Assembly: GCA_037442685.1 (NCBI GenBank)
Contig: JBBIPU010000001.1
Location: forward strand, 25,626-89,625
Source: Draconibacterium sp.
GTDB lineage: Bacteria; Bacteroidota; Bacteroidia; Bacteroidales; Prolixibacteraceae
Direction: 5' to 3'
Length of the DNA: 64,000 bases
Notes under the pieces: model-generated
The model's database searches: none
What the model was told of the DNA's origin: nothing
The model's input: the letters and a program-made list of their open reading frames with translations, nothing else
Made by a program: the position numbers and the translations under genes
In this document: one piece after another, positions 19,998 to 29,798 of the stretch
Layout of the letters: each line of letters opens with the position of its first letter
Numbering within the stretch: the first letter of the stretch is position 1

Positions 19998-20591
19998 ATG
20001 GAAAAGTATTACAATACACAAAGAAAAAAACTTCCGCTACCAGAGTACGGAAGGAACATTCAGAATATGGTTGATTACCTGATGACCATCGATGACAGGG
20101 AAAAACGGAACCGGGCAGCCCAGGCGGTGATCGATGTGATGGGAAATTTATATCCGTACCTGAGAGACGTGGCCGAGTTTAAACACAAACTCTGGGATCA
20201 CCTGGCAATTATGTCTGATTTTAAACTTGACATCGACTATCCTTACAATCCGCCAACACCCGATATTCTTACCGAAAAACCGCATAAAGTTCCTTATCCT
20301 CAAAGTAATATCAGGTACAAGCATTATGGTTTCATCATGGAATCGCTGATTAAAAAGACCACAGAAATGGAAGGCGAAGAGCGGGAAATTCTGATCGAAC
20401 TTCTTGCCAATCACATGAAAAAATCATACCTGGCATGGAACAAAGATGCAGTTGAAGACGAAAAAATATTTCTCGATCTGAAAGAACTTTCAAGAGGAAA
20501 GTTAAATGTCAGTAAAGATGAATTTCAGCTTGCCGACACGAAAACTATTGTTGCAAAGCCAAATAAAAAGAAAAAACACAAGAAGAAATAA
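19998..20591 (+). CDS. DUF4290 domain-containing protein
   Basis: 197 aa; LPLPEYGRNIQNMVDYLMTIDDREKRNRAAQAVIDVMGNLYP is the typical DUF4290 N-terminus. The conserved position immediately upstream of murA in Bacteroidota supports the call. Confidence 0.8.
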   Translation: MEKYYNTQRKKLPLPEYGRNIQNMVDYLMTIDDREKRNRAAQAVIDVMGNLYPYLRDVAEFKHKLWDHLAIMSDFKLDIDYPYNPPTPDILTEKPHKVPYPQSNIRYKHYGFIMESLIKKTTEMEGEEREILIELLANHMKKSYLAWNKDAVEDEKIFLDLKELSRGKLNVSKDEFQLADTKTIVAKPNKKKKHKKK

Positions 20592-20609
20592 TCCACATAT
20601 TCCTTTCAA

Positions 20610-21920
20610 ATGTCAACTTTCACAATCGAGGGTGGCATCAGGTTACATGGCGAACTTGAACCACAAGGAGCAAAAAATGAAGCGCTTCAGATTTTATGTG
20701 CCACTTTATTGACCGACCAGGATGTCAGGGTTGAAAATGTTCCGGAAATCAGCGATGTGCTTAAACTAATTGAGATTCTCGGAAACATGGGAGTTGAGGT
20801 TGAAAGAATCGGCAAAGGAACGTACCGGTTTAACGCTTCACATGTAAATATCGAATTTCTGAAAAGCCCGGAATATGCAAAAAAAGCTTCCGATCTGCGT
20901 GGTTCAATTATGGTAATTGGTCCGTTGCTTGCGCGTTTCGGGCAGGGATTCATACCACAGCCCGGCGGCGATAAAATCGGACGCCGGCGTGTTGACACTC
21001 ATTTTATGGGTTTGCAGAAACTGGGTGCATCTTTCAATTTCGATCCTGAAAAAAAATGGTATTCCGTTACGGCAAAAAAACTGAATGGCGCATACATGCT
21101 GCTCGATGAAGCTTCGGTTACCGGAACTGCAAATATTTTAATGGCAGCCGTTCTGGCCGAGGGAACTACCACAATTTACAATGCTGCCTGCGAACCTTAT
21201 TTACAGCAGTTAAGTAAAATGCTGGTTTCGATGGGTGCAAGAATTTCGGGGATAGGTTCCAATCTGCTGATAATCGAGGGAGTGACTTCACTTTCAGGAT
21301 GCAGTCACCGCATTTTGCCCGACATGATCGAAGTAGGCAGTTTTATTGGTCTTGCAGCCATGACCGATTCGGAAATTACCATAAAAAATGCAGGTGTTGA
21401 ACATCTTGGAATTATTCCGGCTTCGTTCAGACAGTTGGGAATAAAAATGGTTCAAAAAGGAGATAACCTGGTGGTTAAAGGAAATCATCATTATGAAATA
21501 GAATCGTATATCGACGGCTCGATAATGACCATTTCTGATGCGCCCTGGCCCGGACTTACACCCGATTTGCTCAGTGTTTTCCTTGTGGTTGCAACTCAGG
21601 CAAAAGGCAGTGTCCTGATTCATCAGAAGATGTTCGAAAGCCGCCTGTTTTTTGTCGATAAACTGATTGACATGGGCGCACAGATCATTCTCTGCGACCC
21701 TCATCGTGCCACTGTGATCGGATTAAACCGAACCCACTGCTTAAGAGGCACAAGAATGAGTTCTCCCGATATCCGTGCCGGAATCGCACTGTTAATTGCA
21801 GCGTTGTCGGCCAGCAGTAAAAGTATGATCGAGAACATTGAACAAATCGACCGTGGTTACGAAAACATCGACCTCAGGCTAAACCAGCTTGGCGCGAAGA
21901 TTTCGAGGGATATCAGCTGA
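20610..21920 (+). CDS. murA: UDP-N-acetylglucosamine 1-carboxyvinyltransferase
   Basis: 436 aa; FTIEGGIRLHGELEPQGAKNEALQILCATLL...GGDKIGRRRVDTH...IEQIDRGYENIDLRLNQLGAKI. Confidence 0.95.
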   Translation: MSTFTIEGGIRLHGELEPQGAKNEALQILCATLLTDQDVRVENVPEISDVLKLIEILGNMGVEVERIGKGTYRFNASHVNIEFLKSPEYAKKASDLRGSIMVIGPLLARFGQGFIPQPGGDKIGRRRVDTHFMGLQKLGASFNFDPEKKWYSVTAKKLNGAYMLLDEASVTGTANILMAAVLAEGTTTIYNAACEPYLQQLSKMLVSMGARISGIGSNLLIIEGVTSLSGCSHRILPDMIEVGSFIGLAAMTDSEITIKNAGVEHLGIIPASFRQLGIKMVQKGDNLVVKGNHHYEIESYIDGSIMTISDAPWPGLTPDLLSVFLVVATQAKGSVLIHQKMFESRLFFVDKLIDMGAQIILCDPHRATVIGLNRTHCLRGTRMSSPDIRAGIALLIAALSASSKSMIENIEQIDRGYENIDLRLNQLGAKISRDIS

Positions 21921-22050
21921 TGAAAGGAAATTTCGTTTTAAACATTTAAAATTTTATATTGTTACATTAGCGTTTAAACTGAAATGGCAATAATCAGTCT
22001 GAAATTCAGTTTATATTAATCAAACAAGAAACAGTAAAAAATATTTTATT

Positions 22051-22563
22051 ATGAAGAAACTGATTTTAATATTTGCTGCTTTAATCATAACAGCCGGTAT
22101 TTCTGCAGGACAAACAATCGGAACTGCAATTGGTAACAAAGCGCCCGAACTGACCGGGAAATCACCATCAGGCGAAACATTTAAACTTTCCGACACCAAA
22201 GGGAAACTTGTTCTTTTAGACTTCTGGGCTGCCTGGTGTGGCCCGTGCCGCAGGGAAAATCCGAATGTGGTAAGTGTTTATAATAAATACAAGGACAAGA
22301 AATTTACCAACGGCAAAGGATTCACAGTATTTAGTGTTTCGCTCGACAAAACAGAAGCAGACTGGAAAAAAGCGATTGAAACTGATAAATTAAGCTGGCC
22401 ATATCACATCAGCGATTTGCAGTGGTGGAATTCGAAATTTGCTGCCATCTACGGCGTCAGAAGTATTCCAACCAACTTTTTACTGGATGAGAACGGAATT
22501 ATATTGGCAACCGGATTGCGTGGCCCTGCCCTCGATGCAGCACTTGAGAAATATTTAAAATAA
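22051..22563 (+). CDS. TlpA-like thiol-disulfide oxidoreductase (thioredoxin fold), secreted
   Basis: 170 aa with a signal peptide and the motif LLDFWAAWCGPCRRENP (CxxC). Confidence 0.85.
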   Translation: MKKLILIFAALIITAGISAGQTIGTAIGNKAPELTGKSPSGETFKLSDTKGKLVLLDFWAAWCGPCRRENPNVVSVYNKYKDKKFTNGKGFTVFSVSLDKTEADWKKAIETDKLSWPYHISDLQWWNSKFAAIYGVRSIPTNFLLDENGIILATGLRGPALDAALEKYLK

Positions 22564-22651
22564 AAAACCGATATATTTTTTCAGTCGTAAAATATATCCG
22601 AATAATTCAAATTGACATTCATCAGATAAAAATGGGTGTCAATTTGTCGTT

Positions 22652-22659
22652 TATATTTG
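22652..22659 (+). promoter_or_regulatory. Candidate -7 box TATATTTG upstream of grpE-dnaJ
   Basis: Exact TAnnTTTG match 77 nt upstream of the ATG at 22736. It is preceded by the inverted repeat AATTGACA-N19-TGTCAATT (22610-22644). Confidence 0.4.
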
Positions 22660-22735
22660 CATGGCAAAATTTTTGCAATATGCTTTCTGATCTGAATTTA
22701 AATCGATTGGAAATTAGCTTAGTTTGAAATTCAAA

Positions 22736-23350
22736 ATGAAAAAGATGGCAAAAGAAGATATTAAAAGCAACGAAAAACCTGAAAATGTAGAAGAAGCTCA
22801 AAATATTGAGGCAGGTGAAGTAGCAACTGAGGAAATGCACGAAGACGGCAAAGATGAAAAGCATCATAAAAAAACACATCTGAAAAAAGACAAAAATGAG
22901 ATTCTTGTGCAGGAACTTGGTGAGAAACTTGCTGAACTGACCGACAAACATTTAAGGTTGCAGGCCGAATTCGACAATTTCCGCAAACGTACAATAAAAG
23001 AAAAGGCTGAATTAATTAAATCGGGAGGCGAATCGGTTCTTGTGAATATTCTTCCGGTTATCGATGATTTTGAAAGAGCGCTTATTTTATTAAAGGATGT
23101 ACCTGAAGAGGATGCAGGAAAAAAAGGAACACAGCTCATTTACAACAAGTTCAGGGAATTTCTGAAACAAAATAACATCAGGGAAATAGAAGCTGTTAAC
23201 CAGGAATTCAATGTTGACCTGCACGAGGCAATCACTAAAATTCCTGCTCCTGAAGAAACTATGAAGGGAAAAGTTGTTGATGTGGTGCAAAAGGGATACA
23301 CGCTGAACGACAAGGTAATCAGGTTTGCAAAAGTTGTTGTAGGGGAATAA
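22736..23350 (+). CDS. grpE: Nucleotide exchange factor GrpE
   Basis: LRLQAEFDNFRKRTIKEK...LPVIDDFERAL...GYTLNDKVIRFAKVVV. The ATG at 22736 is preferred over the TTG at 22724 used by the track. Confidence 0.93.
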   Translation: MKKMAKEDIKSNEKPENVEEAQNIEAGEVATEEMHEDGKDEKHHKKTHLKKDKNEILVQELGEKLAELTDKHLRLQAEFDNFRKRTIKEKAELIKSGGESVLVNILPVIDDFERALILLKDVPEEDAGKKGTQLIYNKFREFLKQNNIREIEAVNQEFNVDLHEAITKIPAPEETMKGKVVDVVQKGYTLNDKVIRFAKVVVGE

Positions 23351-23367
23351 AAGTTCAATAAATCAAA

Positions 23368-24525
23368 ATGGCGAAAAGAGATTATTACGAAGTTTTGGAG
23401 GTCAGTAAAAATGCAACCGTCGAAGAAATCAAAAAAGCATATCGCAAAAAAGCACTGCAATTTCACCCCGATAAAAACCCCGGAAATGCCGAAGCAGAGG
23501 AGAAATTCAAAGAAGCTGCCGAAGCTTACGAAGTATTAAGCAATAAAGATAAAAGACAGCGTTACGACCAGTTCGGTCATGCCGGAGTGGGAAGCAGTGC
23601 AAGTAGCGGGTTTAGTGGCGGAGGATTTCACGATATTGAAGATATCTTTTCGGCATTTGGTGATATTTTTGGCGGCCATTTTGGCGGATTTGGCGGATTT
23701 GGCGGAAGTTCGCGCGGTGGTGGCAGAAGAGTAAACCGCGGTTCGGATTTAAGAGTAAAAGTCAGCCTCGATCTGAAAGAAATTATCGAAGGAGTTGAAA
23801 AGAAAATCAAAGTAAAAAAATATGTTGCCTGCGACCATTGTAACGGGACCGGGGCAAAAAACGGATCATCGTACTCAACCTGCGGAACCTGCCGTGGTTC
23901 AGGTCAGGTAACCCGAATCGCAAATACACTTTTGGGGCAGATGCAGACTTCATCAACCTGTCCGACTTGTCAGGGTGAAGGAAAAATAATCACCGACAAA
24001 TGCAGTCATTGTGCCGGAGAAGGAATTGTGCGCGATGAAGAAGTGATCAGCCTCAGAATTCCTGCCGGAGTTGGCGAAGGAATGCAACTGAATGTCTCCG
24101 GCCGCGGAAATGCTGCGCGGCGTGGCGGCATCAACGGCGATCTGCTTGTTGTAATTTCAGAAGAAGAACACCCCGAACTGATCCGCGACGGGAATAACCT
24201 CATCTACAATCTTTTCCTTTCGTTTCCTGAAATTACTCTTGGAACCACCTCTGAAATCCCGACAGCGGAAGGACGTGTAAAAGTAAAAATTGACCCAGGA
24301 ACACAACCCGAGAAGATTCTTCGTCTGCGGGGCAAAGGAATTCCTGATGTAAATGGTTATGGCAAAGGCGATTTACTGGTCCGTATTCATATCTGGATAC
24401 CCAAAAAATTAAACAGCGAGGAGCGACGCATCCTCGAAAAACTGCTGAGTTCACCCGGATTTACTGAAGGTCCGTCGGCCGATGAAAAATCTTTCTTCGA
24501 GAAAATGAAAGACATGTTTGAATAA
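23368..24525 (+). CDS. dnaJ: Molecular chaperone DnaJ
   Basis: 385 aa with the J domain [33 protein letters not shown], a G/F-rich linker and four CxxCxGxG zinc-finger repeats. Confidence 0.96.
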   Translation: MAKRDYYEVLEVSKNATVEEIKKAYRKKALQFHPDKNPGNAEAEEKFKEAAEAYEVLSNKDKRQRYDQFGHAGVGSSASSGFSGGGFHDIEDIFSAFGDIFGGHFGGFGGFGGSSRGGGRRVNRGSDLRVKVSLDLKEIIEGVEKKIKVKKYVACDHCNGTGAKNGSSYSTCGTCRGSGQVTRIANTLLGQMQTSSTCPTCQGEGKIITDKCSHCAGEGIVRDEEVISLRIPAGVGEGMQLNVSGRGNAARRGGINGDLLVVISEEEHPELIRDGNNLIYNLFLSFPEITLGTTSEIPTAEGRVKVKIDPGTQPEKILRLRGKGIPDVNGYGKGDLLVRIHIWIPKKLNSEERRILEKLLSSPGFTEGPSADEKSFFEKMKDMFE

Positions 24526-24634
24526 ATAAAAATTCAGCTGTAAAATAATTTTGTGAATTCTATTGTTTAGTTCAGATTGTATTGATTATTTTCATTCAGA
24601 TTTTAATCAGTATTAATTGCTTAAACTAAACATC

Positions 24635-25000
24635 ATGAAAAAAACTGCATTTCTTCTTTTCGTACTTATTTTTACATTTCCGGCGCTGGCACAGTTAAAA
24701 TCAGATGCTGTCACAGGAAAATGGAAATACAATGTTGTTACCGATCAGGGCGATATGACCGGGATTTTCAGATTTGCTGAAAACGAAGGAAAACTGTCGG
24801 GCGAAGTGATTACAAACGAAGGATATTCCATTCCATTTACAAAAATTGAGCTAAAAGAAAATAATATTCTTTACCTTGAACTGAAAACAGAATCGGATCT
24901 GATAAAAGTGACGGTTAAAGTTGAAGGAAAATCGTTTAAGGGAACCGGGATATCTTACCAGGGTGAAGCTCCGGTATCAGGGGAAAAACTGGACTTGTAA
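24635..25000 (+). CDS. Small hypothetical secreted protein
   Basis: About 121 aa from the ATG at 24635. The signal peptide is MKKTAFLLFVLIFTFPALAQ, the composition is beta-rich, and I recognise no family. Confidence 0.55.
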   Translation: MKKTAFLLFVLIFTFPALAQLKSDAVTGKWKYNVVTDQGDMTGIFRFAENEGKLSGEVITNEGYSIPFTKIELKENNILYLELKTESDLIKVTVKVEGKSFKGTGISYQGEAPVSGEKLDL

Positions 25001-25039
25001 AACCGGCATTTCAGGTTATTTTTTTTGCAAAACCTTACT

Positions 25040-25669
25040 ATGGAAGAATTTAAGATTCAGTACCCTTTTCTTGAAAAACAACTTCAGGAAGAAATCCTGA
25101 AAACAGGTGTTTATAAAATATTCCATCCGAATGAAGTTCTGATTCGCGAAGGTCAGTTTATCACAAGTTTTCCTCTCGTTTTAAAAGGTTTGATAAGGAT
25201 TACAAGGAATAATGACGACGGAAATGAACTTCTGCTGTATTATCTGAAAAATAATGAAGTTTGTGCAATGTCGTTAACCTGCTGTATGACAAACCTGAAA
25301 AGCAATATCAAAGCGGTTACGGAAGAGGAAACCCATGTTATCATGCTGCCGGTTGAACTGCTCGATGCCTGGATTTGCAAGTATCCGAGCTGGAAATTGT
25401 TTGTGATGCAGACTTTTCAACGCCGGTTCCGGGAACTGATCGACACCATCGATTCTGTAGCTTTTTTAAACCTCGATGAACGATTGATCCGCTATTTTTC
25501 CGACAAACATAAAACATCGGGAAATACAACACTGAATGAAACTCATCAGGATCTGGCTTTCAGGTTAAACACCTCGCGCGAAGTGATATCGAGATTGTTA
25601 AAAAAACTTGAAAAAGAGGGGAAAATAAAACTTTCACGAAATTTTATTGATTTTTCCAACCTTGTGTGA
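25040..25669 (+). CDS. Crp/Fnr family transcriptional regulator
   Basis: A cNMP-binding-like N-terminal half followed by a C-terminal HTH (HQDLAFRLNTSREVISRLLKKLEKEG). Start set at the ATG at 25040. Confidence 0.85.
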   Translation: MEEFKIQYPFLEKQLQEEILKTGVYKIFHPNEVLIREGQFITSFPLVLKGLIRITRNNDDGNELLLYYLKNNEVCAMSLTCCMTNLKSNIKAVTEEETHVIMLPVELLDAWICKYPSWKLFVMQTFQRRFRELIDTIDSVAFLNLDERLIRYFSDKHKTSGNTTLNETHQDLAFRLNTSREVISRLLKKLEKEGKIKLSRNFIDFSNLV

Positions 25670-25795
25670 CTAAAGTTACATACAGGTTTTATAACTCTTG
25701 TTTTCTTTGCTGCAGAATTTTAAAAGTAAATAGTTCATAGCTATTACTTCATATTTTTTGGGTTATAAAATCGGTTAGTAGTTGAAGGTTATTGA

Positions 25796-25828
25796 GCCAG
25801 ATTCAGAAGGAATCTGGCTTTTTCTTTT
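25796..25828 (+). terminator. Rho-independent terminator about 127 nt downstream of the Crp/Fnr gene
   Basis: 8-bp stem GCCAGATT/AATCTGGC, a 7-nt loop, then TTTTTCTTTT. Confidence 0.6.
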
Positions 25829-26001
25829 ACAGAATTCCGGTTCCTGCCAGAATTAATTCATTTCTGAAAATCGTTTTTATTCTTTGTTAATTTCAGCTTC
25901 CAAAATCGAATTTATTCACTGATATAGATCATATTTTTCGATAAAATCTTCATCTTTGCGAATAACAGTTACAGGAAAATTTACCATAAAAAATAAACCA
26001 G

Positions 26002-27177
26002 ATGTTTAAGATTCAAACGTTAAATAAAATTGATGCTGAAGGATTAAGTCTTTTTCCTTTAAGCAAATACGAGATTGCCAGCGAGTTGCCAAATCCCGAT
26101 GCAATTGTGCTCCGAAGTTTTGAAATGCATGGAATGGAACTTCCCGCATCGTTGAAAGCTGTAGCACGTGCCGGTGCAGGGGTAAACAATATTCCGATCG
26201 ATAGTTGCACAGAAAAAGGAATCGTGGTTTTTAACACCCCCGGTGCCAATGCCAACGGTGTAAAAGAACTGGTGATTGCGGGTTTGTTGCTTGCATCGCG
26301 CGATGTGGCCGGAGCTATCGAGTGGGCAAAGACACTCATTGATCAGGGCGACCAGGTTCCTGCGCTTGTTGAAAAAGGGAAAAATAATTTTGCCGGAAAT
26401 GAAATCCTGGGGAAAACACTGGCGGTTATCGGATTGGGAGCAATCGGTGTTCTGGTTGCCAATGCAGCCACTGCACTCGGTATGAAAGTGGTAGGTTACG
26501 ATCCGTACATGTCGGTAAAACAGGCGCTGAAACTCAGCCGCGAGGTAAACTGGGTGGAAGGCATTCAGCCACTTCTTTCACAGGCCGATTTTGTCACAAT
26601 CAACATTCCGCAAACCCCTGAAACAAAAGGATATCTCAACAAAGAGAAATTCAGAATGATGAAAAAGGGTGTACGTATTCTCAACTTTGCACGTGGAGGA
26701 CTTGTAAATAATAAAGACCTCGCTGAAGCAATTGCCGAAGGGAAAGTTGCCCGTTACGTAACCGATTTTCCGGATGAAACCACACTGAAAATGGATAAGG
26801 TGATTAACATTCCCCACCTTGGAGCATCGACAGTCGAATCGGAAACCAATTGCGCCATCATGGCCGTTAGTCAGGTGAGAGATTTTCTCGAAAACGGGAA
26901 TATCATCAATTCTGTGAATTTTCCCGAAGCCCAGATGGAAATTCACAACGAAGCGCGTATTCTTGTTGCCAATCAGAATATTCCGAATATGGTAAGTCAG
27001 ATTTCCGCTGTATTAGCTGCTGAAGGAATCAATATCGACCAGATGCTGAACAAAAAACGTGATAACATTGCATACAACATCATCGATGTCGATAAAAAAG
27101 TAATTGACAGATCGATCAGGGAAAAACTGCTGGCAATTGACGGTATTTTCATGGTCCGTATCATTCAGGCTGAATAA
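26002..27177 (+). CDS. serA: D-3-phosphoglycerate dehydrogenase (2-hydroxyacid dehydrogenase fold plus C-terminal ACT-like domain)
   Basis: 391 aa with the NAD site GKTLAVIGLGAIGVLVA, the catalytic region NFARGGLV...HLGAST, and a C-terminal regulatory domain. Confidence 0.85.
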   Translation: MFKIQTLNKIDAEGLSLFPLSKYEIASELPNPDAIVLRSFEMHGMELPASLKAVARAGAGVNNIPIDSCTEKGIVVFNTPGANANGVKELVIAGLLLASRDVAGAIEWAKTLIDQGDQVPALVEKGKNNFAGNEILGKTLAVIGLGAIGVLVANAATALGMKVVGYDPYMSVKQALKLSREVNWVEGIQPLLSQADFVTINIPQTPETKGYLNKEKFRMMKKGVRILNFARGGLVNNKDLAEAIAEGKVARYVTDFPDETTLKMDKVINIPHLGASTVESETNCAIMAVSQVRDFLENGNIINSVNFPEAQMEIHNEARILVANQNIPNMVSQISAVLAAEGINIDQMLNKKRDNIAYNIIDVDKKVIDRSIREKLLAIDGIFMVRIIQAE

Positions 27178-27214
27178 CAACTACAAATTTTACATTCTAA
27201 ATATTTGAATAATA

Positions 27215-29245
27215 ATGACAAAGCATATCGAAACAAAAGCAGCAGATAATATCCGTATTCTGGCTGCTGCAATGGTTGAGAAGGCAAAATCAGGTCATCC
27301 CGGTGGTGCAATGGGAGGAGCCGATTTCATCAACATTCTTTATACTGAATTTTTAAATTACGACCCGTCGGATATGGCGTGGATCAACCGCGACAGGTTT
27401 TTTCTCGATCCGGGTCACATGTCGCCCATGTTATATGCAACTCTTTCGCTTACAGGTTTTTACAGCATGGAAGACCTGAAAAATTTTCGTCAGTGGGAAA
27501 GCGTGACACCCGGTCATCCTGAACTTGATGTTCTGCGCGGAGTGGAAAATACGTCCGGTCCCCTCGGTCAGGGTCATACAATGGCCGTCGGTGCCGCAAT
27601 TGCCGGACGTTTTCTTTCACAGAGGTTTGGCAACTGGATGAGCCACAAAATCTACACATTTATTTCCGATGGCGGTGTTCAGGAAGAAGTTTCACAGGGA
27701 GCAGGACGTATTGCCGGAAACCTTGGGTTGAGCAACCTGATCATGTTTTACGATTCAAACGATATTCAGCTTTCGACAACCACTGACGAGGTAACCTGCG
27801 AGGATACTGCAAAAAAATATGAAGCCTGGGGCTGGAAAGTAATGACCATTGATGGAAACGAACCGGATCAAATACGGGCAGCACTTAAATTAGCAAATAT
27901 CGAAACCGAAAAACCTACCCTGATTATCGGTAAAACCATAATGGGAAAAGGCGCTGTTGCACCCGATGGCTCAAGTTTCGAGCGTAAAACCGCAACTCAC
28001 GGTATGCCGCTGGGTGAAGCAGGAGCTTCTTTCGAAAAATCGATTGAAAATCTGGGCGGAAATCCCGAAAATCCGTTTGTTATTTTTGATGATGTAAAAG
28101 CGCTGTATGAAAAACGCAAAGCCGAACTTATCAAAGCTGCATCTGCCAAAAAGGATGAACAGAAAAAATGGGAAGCTGCTAACCCCGAACTGGCAGCAAA
28201 ACTGGCTAAATTCTTCTCAAAGGATGTATCCGGATTCGACTTTTCGGCAGTGAAACAAAAAGACAATGCAGCAACGCGTGCTGCCTCAAGCGCCGTTCTT
28301 GCTGATTTTGCAGGAAAGATTGAAAATATGATCGTTGCTTCTGCCGACTTGTCAAACTCCGACAAAACCGATGGTTTCCTGAAAAAAACCATAGCTTTCA
28401 AAAAAGGCGATTTCAGTGGTTCATTCCTTCAGATTGGAGTAAGCGAACTCACAATGGCTTGTCTTGCAAACGGAATGGCTTTGCATGGCGGAGTTATCCC
28501 GGTCTGCGGTACTTTCTTCGTTTTCAGCGATTACATGAAACCTGCAGTCCGTTTGGCAGCTTTGATGCAACTCCCGGTAAAATATGTCTGGACTCACGAT
28601 GCTTTCCGTGTTGGTGAAGACGGGCCAACACACCAACCTGTTGAACAGGAAGCACAAATCCGTTTGATGGAAAAACTGAAAAATCATCACGGCAAAAACA
28701 GCATGCTTGTAATCCGGCCAGCCGATGCCAACGAAACGACTGTTGCATGGAAAATGGCTTTGGAAAACACCCACACTCCCACTGCCCTGATTCTTTCGAG
28801 ACAAAACATAACCAACCTGCCAGTCGAAGGCGACCGTTACCAATCGGCATTGCAGGCCGAAAAAGGCGCTTACATTGTATTGAAATCTGAAGGTAAACCG
28901 GACGTTGTTCTTGTTGCCAGCGGCTCAGAAGTTTCAACATTGGTTGAAGGGGCGAAATTGCTGAAAGAAAAAGACGGATTAAAAGTACAGGTGGTTTCTG
29001 TACCATCGGAAGGGTTGTTCAGAAATCAACCGAAAGAGTACCAGAACAGCGTGCTTCCGGTTGGAATTCCAAGATTTGGAATGACAGCAGGAATACCTGC
29101 AACCCTGGAAGGATTGGTAGGCGAAAACGGAAAAGTCTGGGGACTGGAATCGTTTGGATTCTCAGCGCCTTACACCGTTTTGGATAACAAACTTGGTTTT
29201 AACAGCGAAAATGTTTACAAACAGGTAAAAGAAATGCTTGGATAA
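27215..29245 (+). CDS. tkt: Transketolase
   Basis: 676 aa; SGHPGGAMGGADFINILY...GPLGQGHTMAVGAA...DGGVQEEVSQGA...HDAFRVGEDGPTHQPVEQ. Confidence 0.96.
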   Translation: MTKHIETKAADNIRILAAAMVEKAKSGHPGGAMGGADFINILYTEFLNYDPSDMAWINRDRFFLDPGHMSPMLYATLSLTGFYSMEDLKNFRQWESVTPGHPELDVLRGVENTSGPLGQGHTMAVGAAIAGRFLSQRFGNWMSHKIYTFISDGGVQEEVSQGAGRIAGNLGLSNLIMFYDSNDIQLSTTTDEVTCEDTAKKYEAWGWKVMTIDGNEPDQIRAALKLANIETEKPTLIIGKTIMGKGAVAPDGSSFERKTATHGMPLGEAGASFEKSIENLGGNPENPFVIFDDVKALYEKRKAELIKAASAKKDEQKKWEAANPELAAKLAKFFSKDVSGFDFSAVKQKDNAATRAASSAVLADFAGKIENMIVASADLSNSDKTDGFLKKTIAFKKGDFSGSFLQIGVSELTMACLANGMALHGGVIPVCGTFFVFSDYMKPAVRLAALMQLPVKYVWTHDAFRVGEDGPTHQPVEQEAQIRLMEKLKNHHGKNSMLVIRPADANETTVAWKMALENTHTPTALILSRQNITNLPVEGDRYQSALQAEKGAYIVLKSEGKPDVVLVASGSEVSTLVEGAKLLKEKDGLKVQVVSVPSEGLFRNQPKEYQNSVLPVGIPRFGMTAGIPATLEGLVGENGKVWGLESFGFSAPYTVLDNKLGFNSENVYKQVKEMLG

Positions 29246-29269
29246 TTATCAACAAATAAATTCAGAAAA

Positions 29270-29296
29270 GGCGTTCCGTTTTGGGGCGCCTTTTTT
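29270..29296 (+). terminator. Rho-independent terminator of tkt
   Basis: 8-bp stem GGCGTTCC/GGGGCGCC (two G-U pairs), a 5-nt loop, then TTTTTT. Confidence 0.7.
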
Positions 29297-29505
29297 AATG
29301 CGTGAATGCTACAATGCATGAGTATTTGATTATTGATTGAATTTCGATCCATTCGGATTTACGTTTATGGGTGGTTCGGTTTCCAAACTGCGCTTTTTTA
29401 TAAATCAGCGATTTGGAAACCGATACAACCTTGGGAGCCGGACTTTCCAAAATCCGCCATTTTTCTTCGACTTTGGAAAATCGAAGTTCCTTTGTCAAAT
29501 AACAA

Positions 29506-29574
29506 CCTTATTTTTCGCCTTATTAACCTTATTAGCAACGGATTATCCCCAAAATACTAACCTTATTAATAAGG
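29506..29574. repeat. Iteron-like cluster: four direct CCTTATT copies, the last forming the 14-bp palindrome CCTTATTAATAAGG
   Basis: CCTTATT occurs at 29506, 29518, 29527 and 29561. AATAAGG at 29568-29574 completes a perfect palindrome at 29561-29574. Confidence 0.6.
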
Positions 29575-29637
29575 GTGCATTTAATGAAATGGCATTTCCC
29601 CTACGAAGGTTAAAAAACAGGAAATAACGTTCTTTCT

Positions 29638-29700
29638 TTAAGCGCTAAGCGGTTTGGAACCGCTAAGCGCTTAATCAGGTGGCGCGGTTTCCTACCGCGT
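29638..29700. repeat. Two GC-rich hairpins in non-coding DNA (a 37-nt near-perfect palindrome and a 6-bp stem-loop)
   Basis: TTAAGCGCTAAGCGGTT-TGG-AACCGCTAAGCGCTTAA (29638-29674) pairs at 16 of 17 positions. CGCGGT-TTCCT-ACCGCG lies at 29683-29699. Confidence 0.6.
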
Positions 29701-29768
29701 ATCAATTGGCGGTTGCAAACCCAGTCGGACGACAAAGCTGGCACAACCCCCTCAATCTATTTTTTTAC

Positions 29769-29776
29769 TATTTTTG
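29769..29776 (+). promoter_or_regulatory. Candidate -7 box TATTTTTG upstream of the isochorismatase-family gene
   Basis: Exact TAnnTTTG match 23 nt upstream of the ATG at 29799. The context TTACTATTTTTG is the same as at 12596-12606. Confidence 0.4.
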
Positions 29777-29798
29777 CTAAAAACAAAAACTAATCGAA

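Noticed and set aside
23628-23810. 60-aa minus-strand ORF rich in PPNPP repeats.
   Set aside because: It is the reverse-complement reading of the dnaJ Gly/Phe-rich linker (GGFGGFGG), so it is an artefact of low-complexity coding sequence.
29337-29627. 96-aa plus-strand ORF in the structured island after tkt.
   Set aside because: The translation (…PPFFFDFGKSKFLCQITTLFFALL…) follows the nucleotide repeats and palindromes rather than any protein pattern. It also overlaps the equally weak minus-strand ORF.
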